Shown here: positions 1 through 9,708 of the stretch, in pieces
Layout: every line of letters starts with the position of its first letter
How positions within the stretch are numbered: position 1 is the first letter of the stretch
Assembly: GCA_965238075.1 (NCBI GenBank)
Contig: OZ250173.1
Span: forward strand, 1,600,001-1,664,000
Length of the DNA stretch: 64,000 nt
From: Candidatus Entotheonellaceae bacterium
Lineage (GTDB): Bacteria; Tectomicrobia; Entotheonellia; Entotheonellales; Entotheonellaceae
Direction: 5' to 3'
Position numbers and translations under genes: made by a program
The notes under the pieces: model-generated
The model's input: the letters and a program-made list of their open reading frames with translations, nothing else
Told to the model about the DNA's origin: nothing
Database searches by the model: none

Positions 1-247
1 TGAGCCAGCGTATCATCCTCAACTCCCGCGGCGAGGGGTGGATATCGGCGAAGCGATTCGACGTTGTAAGCCCGCATCGTCCCGGCGGTCAAGACCAAAC
101 CCACCGGCGCGGGGCTTGACGGGCGGCGGCGTTGGCACTTCTCACGGCTGCCGACTTATAATAGACTCTACCGTATCATCATGCCTCAGCAACGCGCCCG
201 TCCGGTCCTTGGCGCGCGTTTAACCCTTCGATAACGGAATCCATACT

Positions 248-1516
248 GTGGCACAAGAAGGCATGTCTGTGGAAGCGCAGGTTGACCTGCTGATGCGCGG
301 CACCCGCTTCGCCGACGAGGCCGATTACTGGGGCGCCGAGAGGCCCGAGGGCGGCGAGTTGCGGGGCCGCATGCATTCCGAGCTGCGCGACAAGCTGCGG
401 CTTGGGCGGCCGTTGCGCGTTTATCTGGGCGTCGATCCCACCAGCACCGAACTCCACGTCGGGCACTTCGTCCCCCTGCAAAAGCTGCGCAGGTTCCAGG
501 ACCAGGGCCACCAGGTGGTCTTTCTGATCGGCGATTACACCGCCACCATCGGCGACCCCAGCGAGCAGACGAGCGAGCGCAAGCGCCTGACGCACGAGCA
601 CGTGCTGGAGCTGGCCGGCAGCTATACCGAGCAGGCCTACCGCATCCTGGACCCCTCCAGGACCGAGGTGCGTTACAACGGCGATTGGCTGGGGAAGCTC
701 TCCTTTGCCGACATCATCGAGCTGGCCAGCATCTTTCCGATGAAGCAGATCGTCGCCCGCCGGGATTTCCAGCGTCGCATGGAGCAGGGCGAGTCGCTGC
801 GCTTCCACGAATCGCTGTACGCGCTGATGCAGGGCTACGACGCCTACATGCTGAAGTGCGACGTGCAGGTAGGCGGCTACGACCAGCATTTCAACATGCT
901 GGCCGGGCGCGCGATTCAGGAGCACTTTGGCGATAAGCCGCACGTCATGCTGACCAATCCGCTGCTCATCGGCACCGACGGGCGCAAGATGTCGAAGAGT
1001 TACGGCAACGTCATCAACGTGCACGACGCGCCGTTCGACATGTACGGCAAGACGATGCGCATGGCCGACGCGCACATTCCGGCATACCTGGAACTCGCCA
1101 GCTCGCTGGACGCCGATGACATCGACACCGAGGTGCAGCAACTGCAGGACGGCGCCAACCCGATGGAGGTAAAGAAGCGGCTGGCTTTCGACCTGGTGCG
1201 GCAGTATCACGGCGAGGCAGCGGCGGGCGAGGCAGCGGAAACGTTCCGGCGTGTCGTGCAGCGCCAGCAAGCGCCGGACGAGGTGCCGGAAGTGATCGTG
1301 CCGCCGCATCTGTTGGGGGCGACGTGGGTCGACCTGTGCGCCGGCCTCAAGTTGAGCCCGTCGAAAGCCGAAGCGCGCCGCCTGATGCGCCAAGGCGGCT
1401 TTTACATTGAACAGACGCCGGTGAAGGATACCGAGGCCCGCGCGGAGGTGCCGCCGGCGGGCATCCTGGTGCGGCTGGGCAAGCGGCGCTACTACCGCCT
1501 GCTGCCCGGTGCCTGA
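248..1516 (+). CDS. tyrS: Tyrosyl-tRNA synthetase
   Basis: YLGVDPT..LHVGH (HIGH), GGYDQHFN, KMSKS and a C-terminal S4-like domain (SKAEARRL..QGG..RLGKRRY). Confidence 0.96.
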   Translation: MAQEGMSVEAQVDLLMRGTRFADEADYWGAERPEGGELRGRMHSELRDKLRLGRPLRVYLGVDPTSTELHVGHFVPLQKLRRFQDQGHQVVFLIGDYTATIGDPSEQTSERKRLTHEHVLELAGSYTEQAYRILDPSRTEVRYNGDWLGKLSFADIIELASIFPMKQIVARRDFQRRMEQGESLRFHESLYALMQGYDAYMLKCDVQVGGYDQHFNMLAGRAIQEHFGDKPHVMLTNPLLIGTDGRKMSKSYGNVINVHDAPFDMYGKTMRMADAHIPAYLELASSLDADDIDTEVQQLQDGANPMEVKKRLAFDLVRQYHGEAAAGEAAETFRRVVQRQQAPDEVPEVIVPPHLLGATWVDLCAGLKLSPSKAEARRLMRQGGFYIEQTPVKDTEARAEVPPAGILVRLGKRRYYRLLPGA

Positions 1517-1615
1517 GCCCGGTACAGGCGAGCATTTCCCCTTGGTAAGCAGGGGGCCATTTTCCGGTTAGGCCGCTTCGCGCGGTTTGTGTGTGTTTTT
1601 GGAGGAGAAAAAGAC

Positions 1616-2416
1616 GTGGATATTATTGTCACCCTCAAGCAGGTGCCGGACCCGGAGGCGCCGAAGGAGACCTTTCGGATTGACGAGTCGGCGATGAAGA
1701 TCGTCAATCCGCCCAATATCGATCCGGTCATTAACGGGTATGACGAAAACGCCATCGAGGCGGCGCTGCAGCTCAAAGAGGCCGCCGGCGGCAAGGTGGT
1801 CGCGGTGTCGATGGGCGAGGCGAGCGCGAACCGCGCCCTCAAGCAGGCGATGGCGATGGGGGTGGACGAGGGTATTCTGCTGCAGGATGAATCGTTTGCG
1901 GGCGCCGACGCCGCCTCGACGGCTTACGTACTGGCGCGGGCTATCGAGAAGATCGGCTCGTACGGGCTGATCCTGTGCGGTCGCCAGGCGTCGGATTGGG
2001 ACCAGTCGCAGGTGCCTTCCGGCATTGCCGAGCTGCTCGGACTGCCGAGCGTGACCGCCGTGCAGAAGGTGGCGTTGCAAGACGATGCGGTGCGGGTCGA
2101 GCGCATCCTCGAGGACGGCTACGAGGTGCTGGATATTCGCGGGCCGTGCGTGGTGACGGTGAGCAATGAGGCCAACAAGCCGCGTTACCCGACGCTGAAG
2201 GGCATCATGACGGCGGGCAAGAAGCAGGTTCCGGTCTGGGATGCGGCGGCGTTGGGCGTCGATGCGGCACAGGTCGGCAACGCCGGGGCGCTGACCCGCG
2301 TCAGCAAGCTGTACGTGCCGAGTTTCGACGGCGACTGCGAATTCATCGCCGGCGAGACGCCGGAGGAGATGGGCGCGAATCTGGCCCTGCGCTTGCGGGA
2401 GTTGAAGATCATCTAA
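1616..2416 (+). CDS. etfB: Electron transfer flavoprotein beta subunit
   Basis: IIVTLKQVPD, YDENAIEAAL, LILCGRQASD, PRYPTLKGIM; GTG start at 1616 behind GGAGGA. Confidence 0.93.
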   Translation: MDIIVTLKQVPDPEAPKETFRIDESAMKIVNPPNIDPVINGYDENAIEAALQLKEAAGGKVVAVSMGEASANRALKQAMAMGVDEGILLQDESFAGADAASTAYVLARAIEKIGSYGLILCGRQASDWDQSQVPSGIAELLGLPSVTAVQKVALQDDAVRVERILEDGYEVLDIRGPCVVTVSNEANKPRYPTLKGIMTAGKKQVPVWDAAALGVDAAQVGNAGALTRVSKLYVPSFDGDCEFIAGETPEEMGANLALRLRELKII

Positions 2417-2459
2417 ACACCGGAACGCCTCATAGAATTGAACGATGGAGGATAGCAGC

Positions 2460-3455
2460 ATGACCCAGGGCGTAATGATTTTCGCGGAAACGAGCGGCGC
2501 CGCGCTGGCGCCGATTGCCAAGGAGATGTGCGGCGTCGGACGCCGCCTTGCCGATGCGCTCGGTGAGCCACTGGTCGCCGCGGTGGTCGGCTGCGGCGTC
2601 GGCGACATGGCCCAGGAAGCCATCGCGCACGGCGCCGACCGCGTTTACCTGGCGGACGCCGACGTGCTGCAGACCTACCAGACGGCGTCGTATTGCACGG
2701 TGGTGGGACAGATTGCCGAGCAGGCGGAGCCGGAAGTTTTGCTGGTGGGGATGAGCGACAACGGCCGCGACCTCGGCCCGCGGCTGGCGTTCCGGCTGCG
2801 CACCGGGCTGGCCTCGGATTGCGTCGACTTGGCCATCAACGCCGAGACACGCCTGCTGGAAGCGACCCGTCCGGTGTCGGGCGGCAATGCCATGGCGACC
2901 GTGGTGATCGAGAAGACGCGGCCGCAGATGGCCACGGTGCGCGCCAAGACGATGCCGGCCGCCGAACCGGACACTGGGCGGCAGGGCGAGGTCATCGCCG
3001 TTGACGTTTCGCTGGACGCCGCCTCGCTGCCGGTAACCGTCGTTGAGCGCGTCAAGGCCGAATCCGAAGGCGTGCGGCTGGAAGACGCCGACATCGTCAT
3101 CTCCGGCGGACGCGGCTTGAAGGGGCCGGACGATTTCTACGCCATCCTGGAACCCTGCGCCAAAGCGCTCGGCGGCACCATCGGCGCCTCGCGCGCGGCG
3201 GTGGACGAGGGCTGGGTGCCCACACAACTGCAGGTGGGGCTGACCGGCAAGATCGTCAGCCCGAAGCTGTACGTCGCCTGCGCCATCTCCGGCGCGGCGC
3301 AGCACATGGCGGGCTGCGGCTATTCGAAAACTATCGTGGCGGTGAACCGCGACCCCGACGCCCCGATCTACCAGCGCGCCAATATCGGCATCGTGGGCGA
3401 TTACAAGAAAGTCATCCCGGCCTTCCAGGCCAAATGCGCCGAGCTGCTTGGCTAG
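2460..3455 (+). CDS. etfA: Electron transfer flavoprotein alpha subunit
   Basis: [34 protein letters not shown]; follows etfB. Confidence 0.95.
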   Translation: MTQGVMIFAETSGAALAPIAKEMCGVGRRLADALGEPLVAAVVGCGVGDMAQEAIAHGADRVYLADADVLQTYQTASYCTVVGQIAEQAEPEVLLVGMSDNGRDLGPRLAFRLRTGLASDCVDLAINAETRLLEATRPVSGGNAMATVVIEKTRPQMATVRAKTMPAAEPDTGRQGEVIAVDVSLDAASLPVTVVERVKAESEGVRLEDADIVISGGRGLKGPDDFYAILEPCAKALGGTIGASRAAVDEGWVPTQLQVGLTGKIVSPKLYVACAISGAAQHMAGCGYSKTIVAVNRDPDAPIYQRANIGIVGDYKKVIPAFQAKCAELLG

Positions 3456-3565
3456 CGCCGGTCTTGCCGGCGCGCCCGAACCTTCCCGCCTCGCCGGGCG
3501 TGCCGGCGGATTGCAGTCCGTCCCGTCAACACACCCTTCCGAGAACACCGCAAAGGAGACCTATC

Positions 3566-4048
3566 ATGACCGTAGAGGAAATCGCCAAGCGATTGCTGGC
3601 TCAGAGCAGACGGGTGTCGGTGGCGGAAGCCGATACCTGTGGACTGGTCGGCTATCTGCTGAGCACGGTGCCGGGCAGCTCGAAGTACTTTCCCGGCGGC
3701 GTTATTGCCTACACCGGTGGCCTCAAGCAGAGCATCCTGGGCGTGCCCGACGACCTGTACGCCGCCAAGGGCAGCGTCAGTCCCGAGGTGGCGAGCGCCA
3801 TGGCCAGGGGCGTGCGCGATCTGACGGGCACCGACTACGGCCTGTCGGTGACGGGGGTGGCCGGTCCGGCTGGCGGCCAGCCCGGCGTGCCCATCGGCAC
3901 CTTTTATGTGGCGGTGGCCGGCCCCGACGGCCTTGACGTAGCGGAGCGCATTCAGGCGGACGCAGCCGACCGCGACGGCAATAAGCATCAGGCGGCGCAG
4001 GCCGTCCTGGATTTGCTCGGCCGCCATCTGCCGGCGGCCTCTGGCTAG
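3566..4048 (+). CDS. CinA C-terminal / PncC-like NMN deamidase family protein
   Basis: PGSSKYF, GSVSPEVASAMARG, SVTGVAGP, PIGTFYVAV; ATG behind AAGGAG. Confidence 0.85.
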   Translation: MTVEEIAKRLLAQSRRVSVAEADTCGLVGYLLSTVPGSSKYFPGGVIAYTGGLKQSILGVPDDLYAAKGSVSPEVASAMARGVRDLTGTDYGLSVTGVAGPAGGQPGVPIGTFYVAVAGPDGLDVAERIQADAADRDGNKHQAAQAVLDLLGRHLPAASG

Positions 4049-4130
4049 AGCATTTCCGTGGCCCTCTGCCTGGGCGGAGAAACCGCTACTCCCTCTCCCC
4101 TGGCGGGAGAAGGTTGGGGTGAGGGGGAAG
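4046..4130. repeat. MITE-like end (TAGAGCATTTCCG) plus CCCTCTCCC/GGGAGA palindromic repeat
   Basis: Same terminus as 8447-8459 and same core as 8570-8610; overlaps the TAG stop of the PncC-like gene. Confidence 0.75.
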
Positions 4131-4155
4131 TCGCGCCCGCCCTTGTCGGTTCCGG

Positions 4156-4497
4156 CTACCAGTTCACCAGATGCGGCTTTTGCTGCCGCCAGCCGGCGTC
4201 GGACGGGAAGACGGTGGTCAGCGGAATGGCCTGCGTGTCGCCGTCGAACCAGTCCTGCACGGTCTCCCGCCATTTGATGTAGTGGGGCGCGTTGCGGTGG
4301 GCAGTCATGTGGTCGTCCTGCGTTTCGTACACCTCATACAGATAGAACGTATTGGGGTTGGACGGGCTCTGGTGAATGTCGAACCGCAGGCAGCCGGGCT
4401 CATCGCGCACCGACCCCTGGGCGTCCCCCAGGCTGGCCTCCTTGAACTGCTCTGAAAATCCCGGCTTGATCTTAATGGTCACGAAGATGGCGTACAT
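4156..4497 (-). CDS. ABM-domain protein, LsrG-like
   Basis: SVRDEPGCLRFDI, FYLYEVY, AHRNAPHYIKWRETV. Confidence 0.85.
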   Translation of the reverse strand: MYAIFVTIKIKPGFSEQFKEASLGDAQGSVRDEPGCLRFDIHQSPSNPNTFYLYEVYETQDDHMTAHRNAPHYIKWRETVQDWFDGDTQAIPLTTVFPSDAGWRQQKPHLVNW

Positions 4498-4646
4498 GGC
4501 TGGTCCCTTCTTTCTCTGTGGCGCGGTTAACCGGCTGGTTGAAACCCGGTGTTGCGGTGGTGTGAAGCCGTTGAGCGGCTGGCCATTATAGGGAGGGCCC
4601 GGTGCCCGGACAAGCGACGGCGTGGACTTGCCCCCAAGAAGAGGGA

Positions 4647-5684
4647 CTACTCGACTCCCTCCGCCTCGAAGAGCTTGACAATCTCGTCGCGCGCGAAGCT
4701 TGGCAATTGCCGTGTGGCTTCCTGGCTACATAAGAACAAGCCTTCGTCGGGCGTTACGACCCTGCCGATGTCATAGCAGACGATGCCTGCGGCGCCGCAG
4801 GCTTGTACGGCCCTGGCGGCTTGCGCCGCCGGCACAGTAGCCAGCAGGGCGCCGGAGGCGATAACGCCCAAGGGATCGAGCCCGAAGGCGCTGCAGAGCG
4901 CCCGGCCTTCCGGCAGCAGCGGCAGTCGCTCGGCTTGCAGACGCAGCCCGACGCTGGAAGCGCTGGCTAACTCCCGCAGGCCGGTCGCCACGCCGCCTTC
5001 GGTCGGGTCGTGCATGGCGTGCACCTCAACCGCCTGTTGCAGCACCGCGGCGTCCCTGACCACGCTGATTCCCGGATCGAACAACAGCCCCTGCCAGCGG
5101 GCGATGTCGTGCGCCGCGAAGCCCTGAGCGGCCAATTGCGCCGCCCGTTCGCGGGCAATGATGGCGCTGCCCTCCAACGGATAGCCTTTGGTGAGCAGGA
5201 CGGCGTCGCCGACTTGCGCCCCGGCGCTGGTGACCAAGTCTTGGCGCGTCGTCTCCCCCAGCATGTGGCCGCAGACGAGCGGGCGGTCCAGTCCCAGCGT
5301 GATCTCCGTATGCCCGCCGACGAGCGTCACCTGCAGAGCCCGGCACGCCTCGCGTATCTGCGCAAAAATGTCCCGCACCAAGTCCGGGGTGGTGCCCTTT
5401 TCCGGCAGCAGCAGGGTGGCCAGGAACCAGCGCGGCGTGCCGCCCATGCTGGCGATGTCGTTGGCGTTGACGTTGACGGCGTAATAGCCGATGGCGTCCG
5501 TGGCGAAGGTAATCGGGTCGGACTTGGCGATCAGCAGCCGATCGCCAAAGTCGATCACCGCGGCGTCCTCGCCGGGGCGCGGGCCGATGAGCAGCCGCGG
5601 GTCGGCGGGCGTTTCCTGCTGCTGCAAGAGCTCTTCCAGCAGCGCTGCGGGAAGCTTGCCGGGTGGGAGAATTGGCTGCGCCAT
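4647..5684 (-). CDS. AIR synthase-related protein (PurM/HypE/ThiL/SelD superfamily)
   Basis: GEDAAV, KSDPIT, NANDIASMGG, VGGHTE, MHDPTEGG. Confidence 0.88.
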   Translation of the reverse strand: MAQPILPPGKLPAALLEELLQQQETPADPRLLIGPRPGEDAAVIDFGDRLLIAKSDPITFATDAIGYYAVNVNANDIASMGGTPRWFLATLLLPEKGTTPDLVRDIFAQIREACRALQVTLVGGHTEITLGLDRPLVCGHMLGETTRQDLVTSAGAQVGDAVLLTKGYPLEGSAIIARERAAQLAAQGFAAHDIARWQGLLFDPGISVVRDAAVLQQAVEVHAMHDPTEGGVATGLRELASASSVGLRLQAERLPLLPEGRALCSAFGLDPLGVIASGALLATVPAAQAARAVQACGAAGIVCYDIGRVVTPDEGLFLCSQEATRQLPSFARDEIVKLFEAEGVE

Positions 5685-5791
5685 GACTCTTCTTTCTCTG
5701 TGCGGAATGATACGACCGGCCCGCCGCAAGCCAGCTGCCGTCTCTCGGTGCGTCGTACTTAAACACGCGCCGGGTTACAGGGCAAGCTTGC

Positions 5792-5821
5792 TTGCACTCG
5801 TCGCGGCGATGCTGGTATAAA
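5792..5821 (+). promoter_or_regulatory. Putative sigma70 promoter of leuS
   Basis: TTGCAC-N18-TATAAA with an extended -10 TG, about 100 nt before the ATG. Confidence 0.45.
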
Positions 5822-5917
5822 GGGCGCGCCAACCACGCCTATCTTGATGAATTCCCTACTTAAAACTATCGGTTAACGAAGCCCGGCGAGCGCCGGGGCC
5901 ATGAGGTGCAACGAGTA

Positions 5918-8389
5918 ATGAGCAGCGAGGTCTATACCCCCGCAGAGATCGAAGGCAAGTGGCGGCGGCGTTGGGAAGAAAGCGGCGTGCACCGCGTGTG
6001 CGACGATGACCCGCGGCCCAAGTATTACTGCCTGGATATGTTTCCGTACCCGTCCGGCTCGGGGTTGCACGTCGGGCACTGGCGCGGCTACGTGCTGTCC
6101 GACGTCTGGACCCGCTACAAAACACTGCAAGGCTACTCCGTGCTGCATCCCATGGGGTGGGACGCCTTCGGGTTGCCGGCCGAGAACGACGCGATCAAAA
6201 AGGGGGTACACCCACGCCTTGGCACCGACCAGAACATCAAGACCTTCCGCCGCCAACTCGACGAAATCGGCGCCATGTACGACTGGTCGCGCGAGATCGA
6301 CACCACCGATCCGACCTATTACCGCTGGACGCAGTGGATCTTCCTGCAGATGCACGAGCGCGGCCTGGCCTACAAAGCCTCCATGCCGATCAATTGGTGC
6401 CCTAGCTGCAAGTGCGGCCTGGCCAACGAGGAAGTGGTGGACGGCGCCTGCGAGCGCTGCGGCACGCTGGTGACGGAGAAGGAGATGCGCCAGTGGATGC
6501 TGCGCATCACGCATTACGCCGAACGCCTGCTGCGCGATCTCGACAAGCTCGACTGGCCGGAGAAAGTCAAGACGATGCAGGCCAACTGGATCGGCCGCAG
6601 CGAGGGCGCCACCATCCGGTTCACGGCCGTATCGGCGCAGGACGGCAGCGAGCACGAGTTGCCGGTCTTCACCACCCGTCCCGATACCCTCTTCGGCGCC
6701 ACCTACATGGTGCTGGCCCCCGAGCATCCGCTCGTCCACACCCTATGTGCGCCGGAGCGGGCCAAGGCCGTCAAGCAATACATCGACAAGACCCGCCAGC
6801 AGAGCGACGTCGAGCGTACCAACGCGAAGCAGGACAAGACCGGCGTCGATCTCGGCGCCGTCGCCATCAACCCGGTCAACAGCGCCCGCATCCCTATCTG
6901 GATCGCCGATTACGTCCTCATGGGCTACGGCACCGGCGCCATCATGGCGGTGCCGGCGCACGACGAGCGAGATTTCGAGTTTGCTACCGTCTTCGGCCTG
7001 CTGATTATCGAGGTAATCGCCCACCCGGATAGCCCGAAGGATGCCGTCGGCCAACTGACCGAGGCCTACGTCGGCCCCGGCAACATGGTCAACTCGGGCG
7101 AATTCGACGGCCTGCCGTGGGAGGAAGGCAAGCGCCGCGTGGTGGACTGGCTCGCCGAGCGCGGCCAAGCCGAGGCGACGGTCAACTACCGCATGCGCGA
7201 CTGGATCTTCTCCCGCCAGCGCTACTGGGGCGAGCCGATCCCGATCATCCACTGCGACGCCTGCGGCGAGGTGCGGGTGCCCGAGGCCGACCTGCCGGTG
7301 CTGCTGCCGCACGTCGAGCGCTACGAGCCGACCGGAACCGGCGATTCGCCCCTGGCGGCGATCGCCGAATGGCTGCAGGTGGCATGCCCCACCTGCGGCG
7401 GCCCGGCAACCCGCGAAACCGACACCATGCCGCAATGGGCCGGCTCCTGCTGGTACTTCCTGCGCTACGCCTCGCCGGACTGCGACACCGCCCTGGTGGC
7501 CCCCGATGCGGTACGCGACTGGCTGCCGGTCGATCTGTACGTCGGCGGCATCGAGCACGCCATCCTGCACCTGCTGTACGCCCGCTTCTTCGTCAAGTTC
7601 CTCCACGACATCGACGCCGTCCCGTTCGACGAGCCGTTCGCCCGCCTGTTCAATCAGGGCATGATCGTGCGACGCTCCGAAATCACCGGCAAGCTGGAGA
7701 AGATGTCCAAATCCAAGGGCAACGTGGTCAATCCCGACGATCTGGTCGGCAGTTACGGCACCGATTCGGTACGCCTCTACGAACTGTTCATCGGGCCGCC
7801 GGAGGAGAGCTCGGAGTGGAGCGACAGGGGCATCGAGGGGATGTACCGCTTCCTGCGCCGCGCCTGGAACTGGGTGCTGGGCGCGGCGCCGGATGCCGCC
7901 GGCACAATCGCCTCCGAGGTCGCGCAGCCGCTGCACATCATGCTCAAAAACGTCGGCGAGCGGCTGGAGAGTTTCCGCTTCAATACCGCCATCAGCGCCA
8001 TGATGGAGTTTCTCAACGCCGTCACCAAGCCGGAGGTCGCCGACAAGCCCATCGGGCGCGACACCCTGCGAGCCTTTCTGATCGCCCTGGCGCCGTTCGC
8101 GCCGCACACGGCGGAGGAGCTATGGGAGCGGCTTGGCGAGGATGGCAGCATTTTCCGGCAGCGCTTTCCCGCCTACGACGAAGCGCTGACGCAAGTGAGC
8201 GAGACGGTGCTCGCGGTGCAGATCAACGGCAAGGTACGCGGCACCGTTACCGTGGCGACCGACAGCCTCGAGGCGGCCGTGCAGGAAGCCGCCCTGGCGG
8301 ACGCCAGGCTGCAGCGGCACGTCGCCGACAAGTCGATCGTCAAGACCATTTTCGTGCCGAACCGCATCCTCAATCTCATCGTGCGGTAG
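5918..8389 (+). CDS. leuS: Leucyl-tRNA synthetase
   Basis: MFPYPSG..LHVGH, GWDAFGLPAEN, FTTRPDT editing domain, SRQRYWG, KMSKS. Confidence 0.97.
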   Translation: MSSEVYTPAEIEGKWRRRWEESGVHRVCDDDPRPKYYCLDMFPYPSGSGLHVGHWRGYVLSDVWTRYKTLQGYSVLHPMGWDAFGLPAENDAIKKGVHPRLGTDQNIKTFRRQLDEIGAMYDWSREIDTTDPTYYRWTQWIFLQMHERGLAYKASMPINWCPSCKCGLANEEVVDGACERCGTLVTEKEMRQWMLRITHYAERLLRDLDKLDWPEKVKTMQANWIGRSEGATIRFTAVSAQDGSEHELPVFTTRPDTLFGATYMVLAPEHPLVHTLCAPERAKAVKQYIDKTRQQSDVERTNAKQDKTGVDLGAVAINPVNSARIPIWIADYVLMGYGTGAIMAVPAHDERDFEFATVFGLLIIEVIAHPDSPKDAVGQLTEAYVGPGNMVNSGEFDGLPWEEGKRRVVDWLAERGQAEATVNYRMRDWIFSRQRYWGEPIPIIHCDACGEVRVPEADLPVLLPHVERYEPTGTGDSPLAAIAEWLQVACPTCGGPATRETDTMPQWAGSCWYFLRYASPDCDTALVAPDAVRDWLPVDLYVGGIEHAILHLLYARFFVKFLHDIDAVPFDEPFARLFNQGMIVRRSEITGKLEKMSKSKGNVVNPDDLVGSYGTDSVRLYELFIGPPEESSEWSDRGIEGMYRFLRRAWNWVLGAAPDAAGTIASEVAQPLHIMLKNVGERLESFRFNTAISAMMEFLNAVTKPEVADKPIGRDTLRAFLIALAPFAPHTAEELWERLGEDGSIFRQRFPAYDEALTQVSETVLAVQINGKVRGTVTVATDSLEAAVQEAALADARLQRHVADKSIVKTIFVPNRILNLIVR

Positions 8390-8429
8390 TCTTCGCGGGC
8401 CTATTTTCAAGAAAACTCCACAGAGGAGC

Positions 8430-8659
8430 GTCGGATTACGCTTCGCTAGAGCATTTCCGCATCGGATTGCAACGAAAGCCATCAGGGACCTAAAGCCCCC
8501 TCTCCCTAGCCCTCCCCCGCGGAGGGGGGAGGGGAACCCAAAGTAACCCGCCAACGCAAAGGGGTTTACTCCCTCTCCCTTGGTGGGAGAGGGTTGGGGT
8601 GAGGGGGAAGCGCCGGCTATCAAGCCATTTTGATCCGGAAGTGCTTTAATCCGACCTAC
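8430..8659 (-). repeat. GTAG-type REP split by a MITE insertion
   Basis: Removing 8449-8646 and one TA rebuilds GTCGGATTACGCTTCGCTAATCCGACCTAC (reverse complement GTAGGTCGGATTAGCGAAGCGTAATCCGAC). Confidence 0.8.
8449..8646. mobile_element. 198-bp non-autonomous MITE with TA target duplication
   Basis: Imperfect TIRs GAGCATTTCCG / CGGAAGTGCTT, TA at 8447-8448 and 8647-8648, two internal C-rich/G-rich palindromes. Confidence 0.8.
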
Positions 8660-8667
8660 ATCCAATC

Positions 8668-9708
8668 ATGATGGTTCGTGAGCTCGGGGAATTTGCGCTG
8701 CTGGCGCGCTTGCAGCGGCGTCTGAAGCAGGCCGATGCGACGCCGGTCGTGCGCGGCATTGGCGACGACTGCGCGGTGCTGCGCCCCACCGACGGGCACG
8801 ACCTGCTGGTCACGACGGACACCCAGGAAGAGGGCGTGCACTTTCGACGCGACTGGTCAACGCCGGAGGATATCGGCTGGCGCTGTCTGGCGGTTAACGT
8901 CAGCGACATCGCGGCTATGGGTGGTGTGCCGTTGGGGGCGGTTGTCGCACTGTCGCTGCCGGAAACGCTGGCGGTGGCGTTCGTCGAGGCCCTGTACGAC
9001 GGCATGAACGACTTGGCCGAGGCTTACGACTGCCCGATCATCGGCGGCAACATCAGCAAGTCCGCCGAACGGCTGTCGGTGACCATCACCGTGCTTGGCT
9101 CGACACCGCAGGGCACCGCCGCGTTCCGAGCCTCGGCCCGCGCCGGCGATGCCATCTGGGCGACCGGCCACCTCGGCGGCGCCAAGGCCGGGCTGGAAGC
9201 CCTGATCCATCCGCAAGCAGTAGCCGGATTGCCCACTGACGCGGTGCTGTCTCGTTACCGGCGTCCCCTCCCCCGGTTGCAGGAAGCACTGTATCTGTGC
9301 CAGCATGGCGTGCACAGTCTGATCGATCTCAGCGACGGCTTGTCGAGCGACTTGGCGCACATTTGCGAGGCTAGCGGCGTGGGCGCACAACTCTACGCCG
9401 AACGCATCCCGGTCAGCGATGAAACCCGCCGGGTGGCCCGCGCCCTCGGCCTGGACGCCCTCACGATGGCCCTGCACGGCGGCGAGGATTTCGAGTTGTG
9501 CCTGACGGCACCACCCGACGCCGCGGCGCCGTTGGAACAAGGCTTCCGCGGCCAATTCGACTGTTTGCTGACCCGTATCGGCACCATCCAGGCCGGCGCC
9601 GGCGTGACGCTCCGCCACCCGGACGGCAGCCAGGAGTCCCTGGCCGCCGGCGGTTACGATCATTTCCGACCATCCCAACCCGACGCGAGGAATGCAACCC
9701 AGCCATGA
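8668..9708 (+). CDS. thiL: Thiamine-monophosphate kinase
   Basis: GEFALL, GIGDDCA, EGVHF, NVSDIAAMGG, IDLSDGL, GGEDFEL, GYDHF. Confidence 0.95.
   Translation: MMVRELGEFALLARLQRRLKQADATPVVRGIGDDCAVLRPTDGHDLLVTTDTQEEGVHFRRDWSTPEDIGWRCLAVNVSDIAAMGGVPLGAVVALSLPETLAVAFVEALYDGMNDLAEAYDCPIIGGNISKSAERLSVTITVLGSTPQGTAAFRASARAGDAIWATGHLGGAKAGLEALIHPQAVAGLPTDAVLSRYRRPLPRLQEALYLCQHGVHSLIDLSDGLSSDLAHICEASGVGAQLYAERIPVSDETRRVARALGLDALTMALHGGEDFELCLTAPPDAAAPLEQGFRGQFDCLLTRIGTIQAGAGVTLRHPDGSQESLAAGGYDHFRPSQPDARNATQP

Noticed and set aside
1-247. T-box leader upstream of tyrS (also checked upstream of leuS)
   Set aside because: No T-box consensus or terminator/antiterminator visible
4156-4497. AI-2 quorum-sensing locus
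   Set aside because: Only an LsrG-like ABM protein; no lsrK, lsrR or transporter nearby
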